From: Hypanus sabinus
Lineage: Eukaryota
Length of the DNA stretch: 64,000 nucleotides
NCBI RefSeq assembly: GCF_030144855.1
Contig: NC_082722.1
Span: 19,778,001-19,842,000, forward strand
Direction: 5' to 3'
Shown: positions 62,842-64,000 of the stretch, in pieces
How the letters are laid out: every line of letters starts with the position of its first letter
Position numbering within the stretch: position 1 is the stretch's first letter
Notes under the pieces: generated by a model
The model's database searches: none
What the model saw: only the letters and a program-made list of their open reading frames with translations
What the model was told of the DNA's origin: nothing
Program-made: the position numbers and the translations under genes

Positions 62842-64000
62842 GCGTCGAGCTTAAAAATAAACGAGTCTGCAAATCGATTTTCTGAGCTACATGCAAACTT
62901 TACCCACAAAGGCTACCATGATATCATTAGGCTCGTTCGTGCAGTTCTATTTTCTGCAATTTGTAACTTCCTGTTGACCTGCCTGAAAACTTTGTTGCAG
63001 ATCTTTAGCTAAAAGAAGAACTGGAATCATGGTATACAGCACAAAAGAGCTGTATACTCTGTATACAAAAGACCTGTATAAGAGCTGTCTCTACCATTCG
63101 GGACGAAATATTTATGCAACTGTTATTTTCACTTATTTTATCACGGTACCACTTCCTCTGGAAACATGTTGTATAAATCTAACCTCCTCTGTATGAAATC
63201 CCTGACATGCAGAGCTCTCCTTTACATATTTCTCCTCTTAATTCAGAACGATGTCCTTTAGCTTTAGCTCGCCAGGCTTGGGAAATCGACTGTGAGATTC
63301 CACTATATTAATGTCTGTACCAATGTTTATACAAATCTCATGTTATCCTTCAGTCCGCAGTACTCCAGAGTGAACAACCTATTTCTATACAATCCCTCCA
63401 TGCTACTACAGTCTCCCCTTCAAGACAATGTCCCGGTGTATTTCTACCGTAATCTTTCTAACTCTACTACGTGCATTCTATGTTGTCATGACCAGAAGAG
63501 CAGGCAATGCTCCAAGTGAGGCCTAGCCAATAGCTACAGTTGGAACATGACGTCCCAACACTCGTCAATACCTATTCAAGAGGGCAAGTAGGCTAAGGCC
63601 CCTCCTATCTAATATCCTGATGTTTCGTCTTTTCAGGAGACTATCCATGTGCACCCTAAGGTCCCTTTGTAAAATAACGTATAAATCATAATTTTGCGTT
63701 TAAATCATAAACTCAAAATATTCTGGAGATACTGAAATCCAATTTAATAGACATAAAATCTTGCAGGAACTTAGCAGGTCTAAAAGCATTAATGAAGAGC
63801 AGAGAAGAAAACTGTTGCTTTTTCAGGCCGACGACCTTGATCAGCCTTGTTGCTTTTCTTCGGGAGTGGGAAGCAACGTCCCCTTCAATTTTGCAGCAAC
63901 GTGAACCAGCCATCACTCTGAACAGGAAATATTTAAACCGGCTGTAAGAGGATTATGCACGGGCCGACAGTTTATTAACAATTAGCTACCGATTTCCATT

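Larger units (their letters stand above)
60513..64000 (-). repeat. Inverted segmental duplicate of about 25200-27400 and 49960-52680
   Basis: Colinear reverse-complement matches: 63300-63600 vs 25240-25500, 62400-63010 vs 25800-26240, 61560-61600 vs 26360-26400, 60513-60715 vs 27170-27390. Confidence 0.85.

Noticed and set aside
1-64000. CRISPR arrays, rRNA/tRNA genes, prokaryotic operons
   Set aside because: No repeat-spacer arrays or structural RNA genes were recognised; the sequence is vertebrate intron-exon DNA.

Overview
This is eukaryotic, AT-rich, retroelement-dense DNA. Its repeat content (CR1, Rex1/Babar, Penelope-like and HE1-like SINE) points to a cartilaginous fish (shark or ray). 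No prokaryotic systems, CRISPR arrays, rRNA or tRNA genes are supported. The window holds a tandemly duplicated (about 22-25 kb period) cluster of immunoglobulin-superfamily receptor genes. One copy appears intact on the + strand (31323-38455, 282 aa): leader, single-exon pre-joined VJ domain (no RSS), C1-set domain, TM with Arg, and a tail with YDNP. This is a non-rearranging antigen-receptor-like architecture. A paralog (1823-about 14090) is a pseudogene, disrupted by a CR1 insertion in its V exon plus other lesions. A second, decayed gene family is hidden on the opposite strand (C1 exon, TM exon, terminal exon with a T-Y-x-N-L/F motif): four copies plus one inverted copy, which suggests a former paired activating/inhibitory receptor cluster. 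Lower-confidence relics include a full-length NKp30-like V exon (83-395) and a TCR alpha/delta-like TM exon (56112-56189). All exon calls and alignments were made by eye; TE boundaries are approximate unless stated. Family assignment (NCR3/NKp30-like, shark MHC-linked non-rearranging antigen-receptor-like genes, or SIRP-like) needs a database search.
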